64,000 bases of DNA from positions 26,350,001 through 26,414,000 of the forward strand of contig CM052851.1 of the NCBI GenBank assembly GCA_028534125.1, in the 5' to 3' direction. Both the position numbers and the translations under genes were made by a program. The notes beneath the pieces are model-generated. The model searched no databases, was not told the origin of the DNA, and saw nothing but the letters and a program-made list of their open reading frames with translations. Each line of letters opens with the position of its first letter. Position 1 is the first letter of the stretch. This stretch comes from Lama glama. Its lineage: Eukaryota. Positions 1 through 12,489 of this stretch are shown in pieces.

Positions 1-974
1 AGGCCGTTGGGCAAATGTGGAAACAAAAGAAACGGAAACAGCCAAATATCTAAGAAGAGCTGGGCCTCTTCAAAAAGGCAGAGCGCTAGTGGTGCTGACA
101 GCACTGAGCTTTGAGGGGAACACTGGCTCGCTGGCGTAAGCGGTGGCAGGCCGCGAGGCTCGTGCGGCATGGAGACACTTCCAGAAGTGGACGTAGCACC
201 GCTCTGTGCTGGACAGCCTGCCGGCAGGGATGCTAGAGCTTTGTGCCAGCTGTTTCCAATACCTGGAAGTTGGGCGGCTGTCACCCAGTCCATCTCATAG
301 CGGATCGGAAGGGCTTCCTGTGAGCGGCCAGGATGAGGTGACAGGCAGAGTGTTTTGGAACCACTTGCTAAACTCAGGAATGCCCAGTCTTCCCTAGGCC
401 GGAAATTTACAAAGTTCTTTTGTGTCTGGGCTTCGTGGAGAGGAAGGGCAGTTGGCATCAGGAGAGGGGCCGCCGTGTGCCTTCTCTCCCCTACTCTTCC
501 GGGGATGGCAGACCTCAGGACAAAGTCCCCGCTGAGCTTTGCTTCAGCCTCAGAATCCTTTTTAAGGGTGTGGTCTGTGTAGTCACCACCAACAGGACAG
601 AACTGACCCAAAAGATGAACTCGGTTTGCTCTCCTGATTGCCTCAGTTTCTCAAGAACAGATCCCATAGGTGGTGGTATAGATCATTCAGGTGTCAAGGA
701 GCTGAGGAATGGGTGTGCCCATCAGGTTGGAGCAGAATTTGGGTGTGAAGGGGCAAAGAATGTTCTGTCGACGTGTTCCCGGAGAGTGGATTCCGTGGGC
801 TTCAGACAGATAATCCATATTGGAGAAGCCCCAGTAGGGAGTGATTACTCTAGGAACCGGTTGAATACAAGGAAGAGAAGTTGGCAATAGGCAATAATAT
901 TACATCCCTATTTTGCCCCAGATGCCACACCAGATCCTTTGCGTGCCGTCTAAAATACATGCCAACCATGAGAT

Positions 975-1095
975 ACATATAATTTTAGAGACAAGGAAAT
1001 TGACAGCACACAGCCCAAATAACTTGCCCCAAGGTCACACAGTTAATAAATGATAAAGTCAGATTTGAAGCCACATCTATAAAATCCCAAGGCCC
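975..1095 (-). mobile_element. MIR SINE fragment
   Basis: attttagagacaaggaaattga...aacttgccccaaggtcacacagtt...gatttgaagcc matches the reverse complement of the MIR core. Confidence 0.8.
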
Positions 1096-1234
1096 CCCAA
1101 TTTTTTCAAATCAGCATTGTTTTATTTCCTTTCATTGTTCATACGCTACCCACAATTAGCAAGTTTGCTGCTGCCTCTATGTTAGTAATCTCTTGGCATT
1201 CTCAGTATAACCCTATGTTTTCTTCCCCCTCCCA

Positions 1235-1699
1235 CAGCTTTATTAAGATATAACTGACATATAACATTGTGTAAGTTTAAGTACAATGTGTTGCTTTGAT
1301 ACACTTATATATTGCAAAATGATTACCACCGTAATGCTAGCTAACACCTGCAGCACATCACACAATTAGTTTCTTTTCTGTGGTGAGACCATTAAAGATC
1401 TATTCTCTTAGCAACTTTCAAGTAGACAATACAGTATTGTGAACTATAATCACCATGCTTTGCATTAGAATTCCCAGAACATATTTGTCTTATAGCTGGA
1501 AGGTGGTAACCCTTTGACCAGTATCTCCCCATTCCCCCACCTCCAGCCCCTAGTAACCACCGTTCTAGTCTCCATTTCTATAAATTCAGCTTTTTTTAGA
1601 TTCCACATATAAGAGGGAGCATACAGTATTTGTCTTTTTCTGTCTGACTTATTTCACTTAGCATAATGCCCTCCAGGTCCATCCACATTGTTGTAAACG
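1235..1699 (-). mobile_element. L1 3' end (L1MA9-like), 5'-truncated
   Basis: agctttattaagatataactgacatataac...tagcaactttcaagt...ttagattccacatataag...ttcacttagcataatgccctccaggtccatcc, typical antisense L1MA 3' UTR and ORF2 end. Confidence 0.9.
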
Positions 1700-1727
1700 C
1701 CGAGGCCCCCAACCTTAATCACCAGAT

Positions 1728-1906
1728 AAGTGGCTCTTAATCCTGATATATACATTTGAATCACTGAGGGAATGTTTAATAAGCTCCTATGCCCAGGCCC
1801 CACCCTAGATGAGCTAAATCGGAATCTCTGGGAGTGGGACCAAGGCAGCTGTATTTTTTTAAGTTTCCCAGTGGTTCTTTGGACCAGCCAGGGTAGAATA
1901 ATCACT
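1728..1906. mobile_element. MER5A-type hAT-Charlie non-autonomous DNA transposon
   Basis: atgcccaggccccaccctag...aatcggaatctctgggagtggg...tttttaagtttcccagtggttct...agccagggtagaataatcactg. Confidence 0.8.
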
Positions 1907-2989
1907 GCCCTGGACTCCTCTTCCTCCAAGCAAGCATGAGGCAGAAATATCAGTGAATTCTGGTCCCACTCTGGTGGCTAGGACTTGGGCATGGGGGTCT
2001 AATACCTGAGGATTAACCAGCTAGGACCCTAGACCTAGAGGAAATCAAATCAAGTAGGAGCCTCACCATGGAAACAAAACAATTCTAGATAGGAAAATCA
2101 ACGTTCAGCATCAGGATGGGATGACCAGAAAGCTCAATCAAACACTGAATGCTGAACTAGTAGGGTCCTCAAATTCCTTCAGATTCACTGTGATCAGGAA
2201 CAGGAGAGGGGCTAACTCTGCAGGAGGGCTGAGCCCATAGACAAGGCTTGAGCCAGCAGCGTGGAGAACACAGCTCCACAGGCCAGAAGGCAGGCGGGGC
2301 ATCACCTGTCCCACCTCCGGGCAGCCTGCTCTGAGCCAGAGACAAGCTTCCACTCGTCATTTCACTGAAGCTTGGCTTATTCTGCTGGACTCCAAAGGAC
2401 TTTACAAGCAAAGAGAAGAAAAACAAGTCATCCCTGATGATGATTTGGAACATCTTTTCTGTTTTCAGAAGTGACTGTTAGATTCACATTTAGCTTTGTT
2501 CTCTGCTCCTTGTAAAATTTCGGTCTCTCCCAAACCCCTGCCTCAAGCTGCCGAGCAGTCAGTTTGATGGACACTTATTAGGAAAAACATCTCCAGGTCT
2601 CCTGGCCCCTTCCTGGAGGGCTTCTTTGAGCTAAGCCAGGCCATGGGGCTAATCGAAGTCGGCAAACACTCTGCGTCAGCGTCAGCAGCGGCTGATGCCT
2701 GGGTTGGCTGGGGAGATGGTAATTGGGCAAGTGCCCGGCTTCTTCTCTGGGTTTTCAGAACAGGAATCTGAGTCCCAGGAATCACTAGCCTGTGGGCAGA
2801 GGCTATTTTGGGCCTCCCCTCATCCAATGGAAAGTTAGGGGTGGTGTCATCTAAAACTGCCAAGGAGCATCGATTTCACCCACAGCTGGGACACGTGCCT
2901 AGGGAAAATGGAAACAATGTCAAGGAGACCAAGTACCGGTGTCAGGACTCCCCTTTGTTTTTATTCTGTGCCATTTCTTTTCATCCGTT

Positions 2990-3170
2990 CCTTCCGTTTT
3001 CGGCTCCTGCTTTCCACAACTCTGATTCAGGCCTTTGTTCCTTCTCTCCTGGACTCTCATAGTAGTCTTCTAGTGGGCTCGCTACCTCCATTCTGTTACC
3101 CCCACCTCAGTCTGTCCTCCCATGATAGCAGAAGGATCCCCCTGAAGGTTCCGTGGAAATCAGGTGAAAA
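2990..3170 (+). mobile_element. L2 LINE fragment
   Basis: ttcaggcctttgttccttctctcctggactctcatagtagtcttctagtggg...ctcagtctgtcctccat resembles the L2 3' region. Confidence 0.55.
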
Positions 3171-3611
3171 CATTTCGGAGCACTATACACAGAGCAACGC
3201 CCACATACTGACATGGCAGGAGACAGGGATGCTGTCCTTACTCACCGGTAAGGACACAGGGGTAAAGTCCAATGCTTTTGCGAAAGGATGAAATGGACAG
3301 ACTGAGCGGAATGTTTTAGAGTAACAAGGGTATGAGTTGGCACACACAGTATCGGAACCTTCAAAAGAAGTCCTCAAGGAGACATTCAAGATGGACTTGT
3401 CTGCTCAGCAATTATATGACAGTGTGATAATCCTGATGAGTAGTGCAGGATGAAGACATAATTATGCCCATTTCTCAAGGATCTGAGGCTGAGAAAGGCT
3501 GAGCATTTTGCTGAGCATCCTTCAGGGAGCACATAGTAGAACCAGAATATAAATGCAGAGGATATGTGCTTTCCAATGTGCCATATTGATACAGATACAT
3601 TGATGTAGATG

Positions 3612-3631
3612 ATGGATGGATGGATGGATAG
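3612..3631 (+). repeat. (GGAT)n microsatellite
   Basis: atggatggatggatggatag read directly. Confidence 0.85.
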
Positions 3632-3871
3632 AAAACATGATTGCCCCCCTTTAACATACTGCAGCGATTTTCAGTGCTGACAGAGCGTAGATCATTCAGA
3701 CTGGCATTCATACCTTCTAAGATTCCTACTTTATTGCCCAGACAACTCCCAACCCACCCCTCCCTGTTCCCCAAATACACTTTGCACTCTCCCTCCTTTG
3801 TGCCTTCATTCATTTTCTGATTTCCTCTCCGATTGTAAAAATCCCACCGAAGCGTGACTCACTGCTAGATT

Positions 3872-4034
3872 CCCAGTTAAATTTGAATTTCAGATAAACA
3901 ATGAATATTTGTTTAATGTAAGTTGGTCCAAATACTGCATAGGACATACTTAAATTAAATAATTATTTGTGTTTATTTAAATTCAAATTGAACTCGGTGT
4001 CTTGTAATTTTATCTGATAATTCCAGCAACCCTA
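3872..4034. mobile_element. MER53 palindromic MITE (left TIR lost)
   Basis: cccagttaaatttgaatttcagataaacaa...ggacatactt...aaattcaaattgaactcgg...ttttatctg...gcaacccta; self-complementary, matches the MER53 consensus as I recall it. Confidence 0.9.
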
Positions 4035-4817
4035 CCTGTAAGATGTTGTCCCATATATATCCCCTGATTTTACTCAGCCCGTCTTAAAGTGGGATCTGGC
4101 ACTTCTTTGTATTTCCCATACAGAATTCACTCTTCCCAAATCATTGGTGAATAATGTGTATTTTACCAAAGGTTTCTTAGTAAATATGGAAAGTGGGGTT
4201 TACAGTCCCTAAAACCTAACATTTCATCTAAAAAAACTTATTAAAAATGGCCTCATGAGCCTCTATTCATAGTGAAAAAGTCACCAAGTGTTCTTTTGAC
4301 TTCTTCCCTACCCAGCGTCCAGCCCTGCTCCCTGGCATTCACTCTCTGTTGTGCAGGGAAGCATTCATTTTCCAAACCCACACTGGCCCAAGGTTCTTTT
4401 CAGGACGATGGAGGACTCATCAAAGCAACCTTTCCATGAAGCAGGCCTCTCCCTACAAAGGAATCGTCTACTAAGAAGATAAAAATTGTTCCCACGTATA
4501 GAATCTTCAAGATTCAGTTTTCTGAGGGCGTCAGGATTTTCCCAGGAAGAGTAATTGCTCCCTTTCCAGGCAGTAGTTACGCATATGGGTGACTGAGCCC
4601 CTCGTTTTGCCCTATGCTCTCCTGGGGCCATGGGCATTTTCATTCATCTTTGCAGCCACTGCAGTCCATCTGGCCACCAAGCACTCAACAAGTATCTATT
4701 AAAATTGAATGATGCAGTATATAAGTGCATTTAGCCCTAAGTGACTACAAAGAAGTTAGCAGCAGTACAAAAAAAATGGGTCCCAGCAATCAGAGAAAGC
4801 TACTGAATGGCCCAGTT

Positions 4818-4996
4818 GAGTGATTCTCCATCTTAGTTACATGTTAGACTCCTGGGGAGTTTTTCAAACAATCGTGACGTCTAGACACCACCCCAGATCA
4901 ACTGAATCAGAACACTTGGGGGTGGAGCTCAGGCATTGGTATTGTTTTCAAAGCTCCCGGCGATTTTACTCAGCAGGCAAAGCTGAAAACAATGGG
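4818..4996. mobile_element. MER5A/MER5A1 hAT-Charlie element
   Basis: caccccagatcaactgaatcagaacacttgggggtggagctcaggcattggtatt...aaagctcccggcgatt. Confidence 0.8.
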
Positions 4997-5611
4997 TGGT
5001 TGCTAGGTTTTTGGACCGACACCCTTCTTTGGGTCTAATTCCTAGCAAAGGAGAGAGAATGGGATAATGAGGGTGAGTGTCTGGATTCCTTTTCCTTTTT
5101 TCCATACGGTGTGTTTTATAGTTTATGCGATGCTTTCACACATGCGTGGGCTCAGAGGCACAAGCCACACCCACAACACAGTCTAGCCACTGAGCCTTCA
5201 CCATGTGTCCCCTCTGTGAGTGTGAGGAGCAGGCGGCTGTGGAAGTGCTGTGCAAATCTGAAGTCTTGGCTTTGACTGGGTTACACATTACTTCGCCAGT
5301 TCCTAATTCCACTTTCACTCATTTGGGTTCTGGTTTCACGAAGGAGTTCATAACTGTGATGCATTTTGGGTAGAAAAGGATGAAGAACTTGCTAAAGATG
5401 AATTGGCCAGCTTCCCACACCTCCACCCCCACCACACACCAACCTGAACTGACCATCAGAAGAAAACCAACGGCGTGGCTTCTTCCTGGTTTGCCTGCAT
5501 TCCACTTGAAGCCCTTCCAGGTGGTGTGCAGTAGAATTCCTTTCAGTGTGTGTGACTATAAAGAGATGGATTCAAATGGAGGCTTGGAAAAATAAGGATG
5601 ATCATGTACAG

Positions 5612-5798
5612 AGAGAAAACATGGGCCTGAGAGTCAGCAGATTGGAATCCCTGACCTTGCTCTGCCCTTCTCCAGCTGTGTGAGCTGGGCGAGGCCCCCT
5701 TCTCTTCTCTCAGCCTTGGTCATCTCCTCTGTGAAAAGAGGACACTGGATTGGATGATCTCAAAGTTCCCTCCAGCCTTAAATACTCCATGGATTCTA
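5612..5798 (+). mobile_element. MIR3-type SINE
   Basis: MIR core followed by ggattggatgatctcaaagttccctccagccttaaatactccatggattcta, a MIR3-type tail. Confidence 0.75.
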
Positions 5799-6644
5799 AT
5801 TCTTGAAACGGTACATGAGTAGTCTGTTGAGACTCTGTGAACCAACCACTCCTAAGAAACTCAGTTCTTCCCCTAAGCCCTGCTTACACATGTGCTCAGA
5901 CCATGCACTAAAATGAGCACTGGATGGGAAACAGGGGACAAGCTCAGGTCCCAGCTCCGCCTTGAACTGGCTCCATGTTCTTGAGAAAGTCATGCTGTCT
6001 CTTTGGGCCTTAGTCTTCTCAGATCTGACCTGAGGTTAGTCTCTATCCTCTCTGCCATCCCTCTCAGCTCGGCCATTCCAGGGATGTTGGGTGCCCTGGT
6101 GGCTGAGAGTTCAGGTCACAATGAATGTGGAATTCAAACATAGACAACATTCAAAACGTGAAGGAGGAATCAGAATTAAAGATCTGGAGAAGACACCACT
6201 TGCCAGGACAAAGGAGTGAACTGAGCTTAGACACAAGGAGAAGGAAGGGAGGGAGGGAACGATGGAAGGAGGAAAGGAAAGAATTCACAAATGCAATTTA
6301 AGTTCTAGGTATGCTTAAACCAGGCAAGGAAAAATATCTAGGACTGCATTTTCATTTAAATATGGAGATTATATCACATTTCAGAAAGAAAGCTCTTCCA
6401 ATGAATAAATATTTATTTGCAGAATCAGCTCCCTTTTTGGTTAAAAATCTTTTTTTCCAAAAACTGAAGTGACTTTTTCAGAAGAGAGCTAACTCAATAA
6501 ATAAGCCCATATTTTTACCAATTTCACTGATAATCACCGTGTTACAAAGTCTTGGGTCTTATTTTTTTTAATTTTTGTTCTTTTTTTCCATTTGGTCTTT
6601 TTAAGTGCCATTTTAGGAACTTCCAGTTTTAGATGCACACTTTT

Positions 6645-7030
6645 TAGCCTCACACTTGAGGCCCCCTGTGATCTGGCTTCACCTAGGTTTTCAGGCTCCA
6701 TCCCTCCCTGCTCTCCTGAATGAACCTCAGGATCCACTTTCCTGAAACACCCACTGCCTACCTCCCATCGATACCTTGCCCTTCCCACCCCTTGCCCTTT
6801 GCTAGTCCTTTCTCACTCCCGCCTCTCGATAAATAAATCCTTCAAGACTCAGTTCAAATGCCACCTCCTCCTTGACCCTTGTCCTGATTTCCCAAGCTAG
6901 AAACGGCCTTCCACAAGCCTGTCGTGAAATCTCCATCCCAGTTTAGTTCTAGCTCTCTAGGGGCACTTTGTGTTCTCAGTCCTGCTGTACCGCTCCTAGA
7001 ACCCAGCCTTCTTGAGAGCAAGATTTGCTT
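6645..7030 (+). mobile_element. L2 LINE 3' region; tail continues at about 7495-7567
   Basis: tccttcaagactcagttcaaatgccacctcctcc...tcttgagagcaaga; tail cccagcacactgttgacatgaagtagatgctcaa...ttgaatgaa. Confidence 0.75.
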
Positions 7031-7043
7031 CTCAGGGCAGCAC

Positions 7044-7262
7044 ACAGCGCAGTGGTTATGACACCAGGCCAGGCTGTCAGATAGACCTGGGTTTGCACCC
7101 TGGCTCTATGCATCTGTTTCTGGGTGACCTTGGAGGGGTCACTTGACCTCTCAGCTTCAGTTTACTCCTCTATGAAAGATGAACAGTATCTACTTCATAG
7201 AGTTGCCAGGAGACTTAATGAGATAGGGCACGTGAAATAATACTTAATATAGCACTTCCTGT
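7044..7262 (+). mobile_element. MIR SINE, near full length
   Basis: gcgcagtggttatgac...tcagatagacctgggtttgcaccctggctct...gtgaccttgg...acttgacctctcagcttcagttt...tacttcatagagttg. Confidence 0.85.
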
Positions 7263-7317
7263 CTGTCAGACACTGGAAGCACCTGATACGTATTAAGCTT
7301 GGGAACCTCCCGACAGT

Positions 7318-7450
7318 TATTATTAAGCCCCGCTGTACACATGGGGAATCTGAGACAACAAAAAACTTAAGGACCTCGCTCCAAGTCACATAGTTGGTAA
7401 GTAGCTCATTTGGCTCCGTGGCCCATATCTTGGACATTGTGCTGGATTGC
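7318..7450 (-). mobile_element. MIR fragment
   Basis: tacacatggggaatctgagac...ccaagtcacatagttggtaagtag. Confidence 0.65.
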
Positions 7451-7869
7451 CTCTGTCCTGCAGATGTTACCTATTTTTGTCTGTGACTGAAGTTTATTTC
7501 CCTCAAGAGCCCAGCACACTGTTGACATGAAGTAGATGCTCAAGAGATAATTATTTGAATGAAGTGACTCGATGTTTAATTTGAAGAAAGTCACCTGGGT
7601 AGATGCCTGCTGGCTGGGTTGTGATTAGCTACTTGAGCGGTGTATTTGTGGTGAGCTGAGGAACAAGTGGTGAGCCTGCGGGCTTTTCTGGTTCCCCTTC
7701 ACTGCCTCACTTCTACCATCTCCATCAGCAAGTCTAAGATAGATGGCATTGGGCCTTGGAAGGAAAGATTTCATTTTTAAAATTGTTTTCCTTCCAAGGT
7801 AGTGTCGACATATTGAAGACATCAAAATGTTTCCAGGGAAGAATAATGACATACGAAGGTGACATTTCA

Positions 7870-7980
7870 CTGTGTGACCTTAGGCAAGTCATTTTCATGT
7901 CTCTTAGATTTAGTCTTCTCATCTGTGAAGCGGTGGGGCTGAACATAATAATCTTTAAGCTCTAAATTTTCATGATTCCG
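7870..7980 (+). mobile_element. MIR3-type fragment
   Basis: ctgtgtgaccttaggcaagtca...ctcatctgtgaag...gctctaaattttcatgattc. Confidence 0.7.
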
Positions 7981-8689
7981 TGTTGCTATATGTTTCTTTC
8001 TTCTTTTGATATCTCAGGATGTGCCCTCAGGCACACAGGATACAGAAATGTAGCAGTTTGACCCATATAGGATGTTTTTGCCCAATGCAGAGAACAAAAC
8101 AGAAATAAAAGCATTTTTGCTTCAAGAGTATTATTTCCATTACTGCTCATACATCTGCATGCTATTAGTAACAACAGCATCTCCTGCAAATTTAATAATA
8201 CCTTTGCGTTTGAACAGGGCTTTCTGAGATTTTTCAAAGGCCTTTATTGGTAGGAGGTCTCCAGACTATTGAAAACCACTGCAGCAGAAACATGAAAGAC
8301 AGATGTATAGAAAGCCTGAATTCTGTCTGTATATCTAGCATTTATTAGACATCCATCATTTCTAAGTTCTGTAAAGAAACTTGAAAGACACACCCTAGAC
8401 TCTAGACTCATGCCACCTAAGTACCACCTAAGAGGTAAGACGAGCAAACATATCCGGCTACAAATTAAGAGTGTGAAAGTACTGGGCAAACGGCGGCCTG
8501 CCAAAAACATCCTGGGAACCAGGCAATAGGCCAAAAGGTCATTCTGGGAGTTTTCTGCCCTAGTAATAATCTCTTCCAAGTGTGTGGCGCCCCTGCGTTT
8601 CTCGAACATGTCACACGTATCTCTTATTTAATCATGAAGACAGACACACACCATCAGCCCCACCACTTCCATATCTTTGCAGGACTCTA

Positions 8690-8810
8690 GTCTTATTTTA
8701 CAGATGGGGAAACTGAGTCAGCACTGTAAAAAGACTTTATTAAGAAATTAGTATAATGCTGACACAAGATTCAAATCCATGTCTTCTGACTCCAAATACT
8801 GCTTTCTTGT
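8690..8810 (-). mobile_element. MIR fragment
   Basis: attttacagatggggaaactgagtc...agattcaaatccatgtcttctgactccaaa. Confidence 0.8.
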
Positions 8811-11124
8811 CACTTTTTTAATCTGAGGTTTCTTGGAGTTGGTGGGGGGCGTGGCTGGAGAGCTCTGGAGGTTTTAGTTATAGTTGGGTTGGATGAGAGA
8901 AAAAGCAGGGGTGCTTGGGATGGGGCAGGGAAGCCCAGGTACATGGAGGGAAAGAATGATGGTCTTTAGGTGCCTGGCTTCAACATTTTAAATTGGAGAA
9001 GTGTTTTTATCTCCATTCAAAGATGAGGAACCTAAGAGGGATTAGTCCAAAATCACATAGATAGTGGCAACCTCAATATCTGAAAGTGCCTGACTGTAAA
9101 TAAAATGCTTAGAAGCATAAGTTTGGGTTTAAGCTCTGCTCTCCACGGAGATCTTGGTCCAGCCAGCTCCCTGAGCCTGGTGTCTTCATTATGAGATGAG
9201 GCTAAGATCTCATTGTGTGTCTTAGTTGAGAGAATTCCTCTGTCACACTCAGTGTGGTATCTGGCATATGGGAAATTTTCTGTGACTATTAGCTACCAAG
9301 ATTATTTGCTAGATCTCACTGCTTCTCTTAAGCACCATCCCTCCCCTCCTCAATGCCTTTCCAGAAAGGTACAAGTGAATGTCAGGATGGAAAAAATATT
9401 CTCAGGTAGCATGGATGTGTTTCCAGCTGTCAGCTCCCACCAGCCTTCTCTGTGAACTGCCTTGGATCCACAGACACAGATATGGTGGGTGGGGCAGACT
9501 GACTAGATCAGAGATGAACATGGATCTGAGTGGAAACAATCAGGCCCTCCTCTCTGCAAATTCGAAAGTGAGATTGGGAAAGATATGACTAGCTTTGCTT
9601 ATTTCTGGAACTATTACATGTAAACAGGAGAGCTCTGGGGGTGGCCGTATGCCATCCTATGAACTGCGGAGGGCTCTCTGCAGAGGAAGGCAGTGATGAG
9701 AGGGAGCGTGCACTGCCTCTGTCCCTTTCTAAGACGCAGCCTAACCCTGTCCTTGGATTCCACTTCCATGCCCTCATTGTCACTCCGGCCAGCCCCAGGG
9801 TTTCCACCTACTGCAGCAGCCACTGTGGTCCTGTAGCCCTGTGCCCAGCCCACACAGTGCGGGAGTCCAAACCTCTGAGTCATGAGGCTTTCTTCGGGAA
9901 AGAGGACACAGGAGCTGCACACCCAGGCACCCAGAGGAACACTTAAGCCAGCCTGTGTCTAGATTGAGGCTGTGTGATAGCCTATTTCAGATGATTTGGG
10001 CTTTAAGGTCATAAGATAATATAAAACACTGCCACCTAAGATTTCGGGGGTTCCGACTAGACTCTGAGCCTCCTTCGTCACTGACATCCAGTCATGCCGA
10101 GTGTGGGTGAGATAGTAAGGATTTGCTCAAAACACTCAGTCTCAGGGACAGCGGCATTAGGCGGACAGTCTTGGTGCAGTAACGCAGCCTTAGTCATCAA
10201 AGGAGAAGGGCAGACCCTAGCTCCGAATTGTGCCTCCCAGCCCAGTTCCCCAGGCAGCTCCTCTGGGTCCAGTAGAGCCGTGAGAGGATATGGACGGGGG
10301 CAGAGGGATGCTGTGATTAAAACCAGCCAAGCTCAGACTCTCTAAGAATTGAAGCTACCCGCAGCTTGGTAGCCACACCAAAAGACAGAATGTGAGGAGA
10401 GGCATTTGTTTTACCACCGGTGCACAGAACCCTATGTGACCATGACGCCTCTTGGCTGGGGCATCAGGTGGAACATGGTGGAGTCCAGCAAAAGTAGCTC
10501 CCCAGGACCTTTGACAGAACAAGGTGGATGCCATGTGGAAACCCAAAGGAGTGATGTCTGCTACATGCCCAGCAGCCCCTGTCAGCTCTTGGGAAGAATT
10601 AAGAGGACAACTCTAAGAACTGCAAGAACAACTAAGGCTGGCGGGGAGGTGGGAGCAGAAAAGCACAGGTTAGAAAGGACAGTAACTCCTGGGACGTAAG
10701 GCAACCACAAAGATTGGGATCAGATGACCTGAAAGAATTTAATGAGGCTGAAAATTCAGGCCAGTGATGTGAAGTGCAGATGGCCGCTGACTTGTGGGAC
10801 AGAGAGTCATCCGACTTCTTACCCCTCACCTCTTAACCTGAATGCAAATGGTCACCTTGGTGATTCACAAAGCAGTTTCTCCTCTCCTATTTGAATATCA
10901 CAACACGCATCCTTCTTAGGGATTCAGAGAGCAGAGAGGATTCTAGCCAGGGCAAGAGACTAGCAAGACTCCATTTGGATTTTCCTGGTGTGAAGTATGG
11001 TGATCGATATAATGGGAATTCCGAGGGGCCTGACAGGTGCCCTGGGGATTCAGCAACGTGTGGGCATCTATTCATCAAGGGGCAGCAGATCCCAGGTGAG
11101 GCCATCATGATGGAAAGGCAGAGT

Positions 11125-11270
11125 GGAGTTCTGTGGTCACACCACTTGGAGCCAGAGAGCCCCAACCTCAAATTACATTCCTACCACTTACCAACCACGT
11201 AACGTGAGCATGTTAACTAACTTCTCTGATCTCCAGTGTCTCTTTCTGCAAAACTGGGACAATAATATAT
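11125..11270 (+). mobile_element. MIR fragment
   Basis: ttggagccagagagcc...ctaccacttacc...aacttctctgatctccagtgtctctttctgcaaaactgggacaataat. Confidence 0.7.
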
Positions 11271-12489
11271 AAAGGCAATAGTTAGAAAGTGCCTTTTACT
11301 TTTCCTGTTTCAAACTAGGAATCTCTTTTAACTCCGTTGTTACTTTTCTTTACTCTTTCAAAACCTGGGGACCAGGCAGATAACCTGAGGAAGTGTGGGG
11401 CCGCGTGGGGACCGGGCCTGGGCAGACAGGAGAGTGCCTGTCCCACGTGAAGACACTTCCCTAGATGCAGCCTACACTCGCTGTGGAAATGCCAGCTTGG
11501 GATCATCAGATGTGATTCTTCAAGAGATGCCAGGAATGTGGAGTTTCATATGCAGCCTCTTGTTTTAAATGTCGCAACTAATTCAATTTCTTTAACAAAC
11601 ACATTATAAGGCAAATCCATGACAGGCTGCACTGAGCCTGCGGCTGCTGGCTTGTCTTGAGAGGAGAAGGAACCCTGAGATCCCAGCCTTAATCTCTCCT
11701 CAGAAACCAGTTCAAAGCACCAAGGCGTCATGGCCTTCCCCCATAACAGAGGGACAAACTGAGGCGAGGGGGAAGACTAGACTTGGGGACTGTTCCTGGG
11801 GCTCTCTAGAGGGGCTCTTGGTTATCCCCGTTAGATCAAGAGGTCCCATGCCCCACCTGCAGCTTCCAGAAGTCCCAGGGGATGACACCTCCTCACCCCC
11901 CAACTTCCTGCACTGGGACTCAAATGCCATGCAATGCACCTTCTCCTGTGCATGACGTTCCACGTTCTAGGAAATGTTCCGACTTCCTGGTTCTCATCCG
12001 GAGGGCCTCACCACTCCCATGAGACTCAGGTAGTAGAAATTATCCTTCATGCAAAGTTGAGGGATTGGATGTGCAAAGCTTGTCAGGGAACTGATTGATT
12101 TTTGACATTATCTCCCAGGCTGCTCAAACTCAAATGAGAAACAAATCATCCTGGGACTCAGGAAGTGGAGGAAATGTCACAGACAGTCAGCCACAAACAA
12201 ATGCAGAGGGAGGTCCCTGGAGAGACACTGGCGACAGAGGAATTCAACAGGTTACAATAAGGTCATGGCTTCTGTAGATTAAGAAGCTACCAAATTGACA
12301 ATTAACATGGTGATTGCTTAACAAATCCTAGCCCAGCAGAAGGGGAACACCCTCCCAAGGATTTTATCTCCAATAATCAGATGATTTTAACATCGTCTGT
12401 GGCTAGCACTGCAGGTGGAACAAAAGCTGAGAACGGACCTGTGTTAAACACCCACTGTCCTCCATGCGCGATGGCTATATACGTTGTCT

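Noticed and set aside
420-890. 156-aa ORF, the longest without Ns
   Set aside because: Starts at TTG, has no recognisable domain, and the length is attainable by chance in GC-richer DNA
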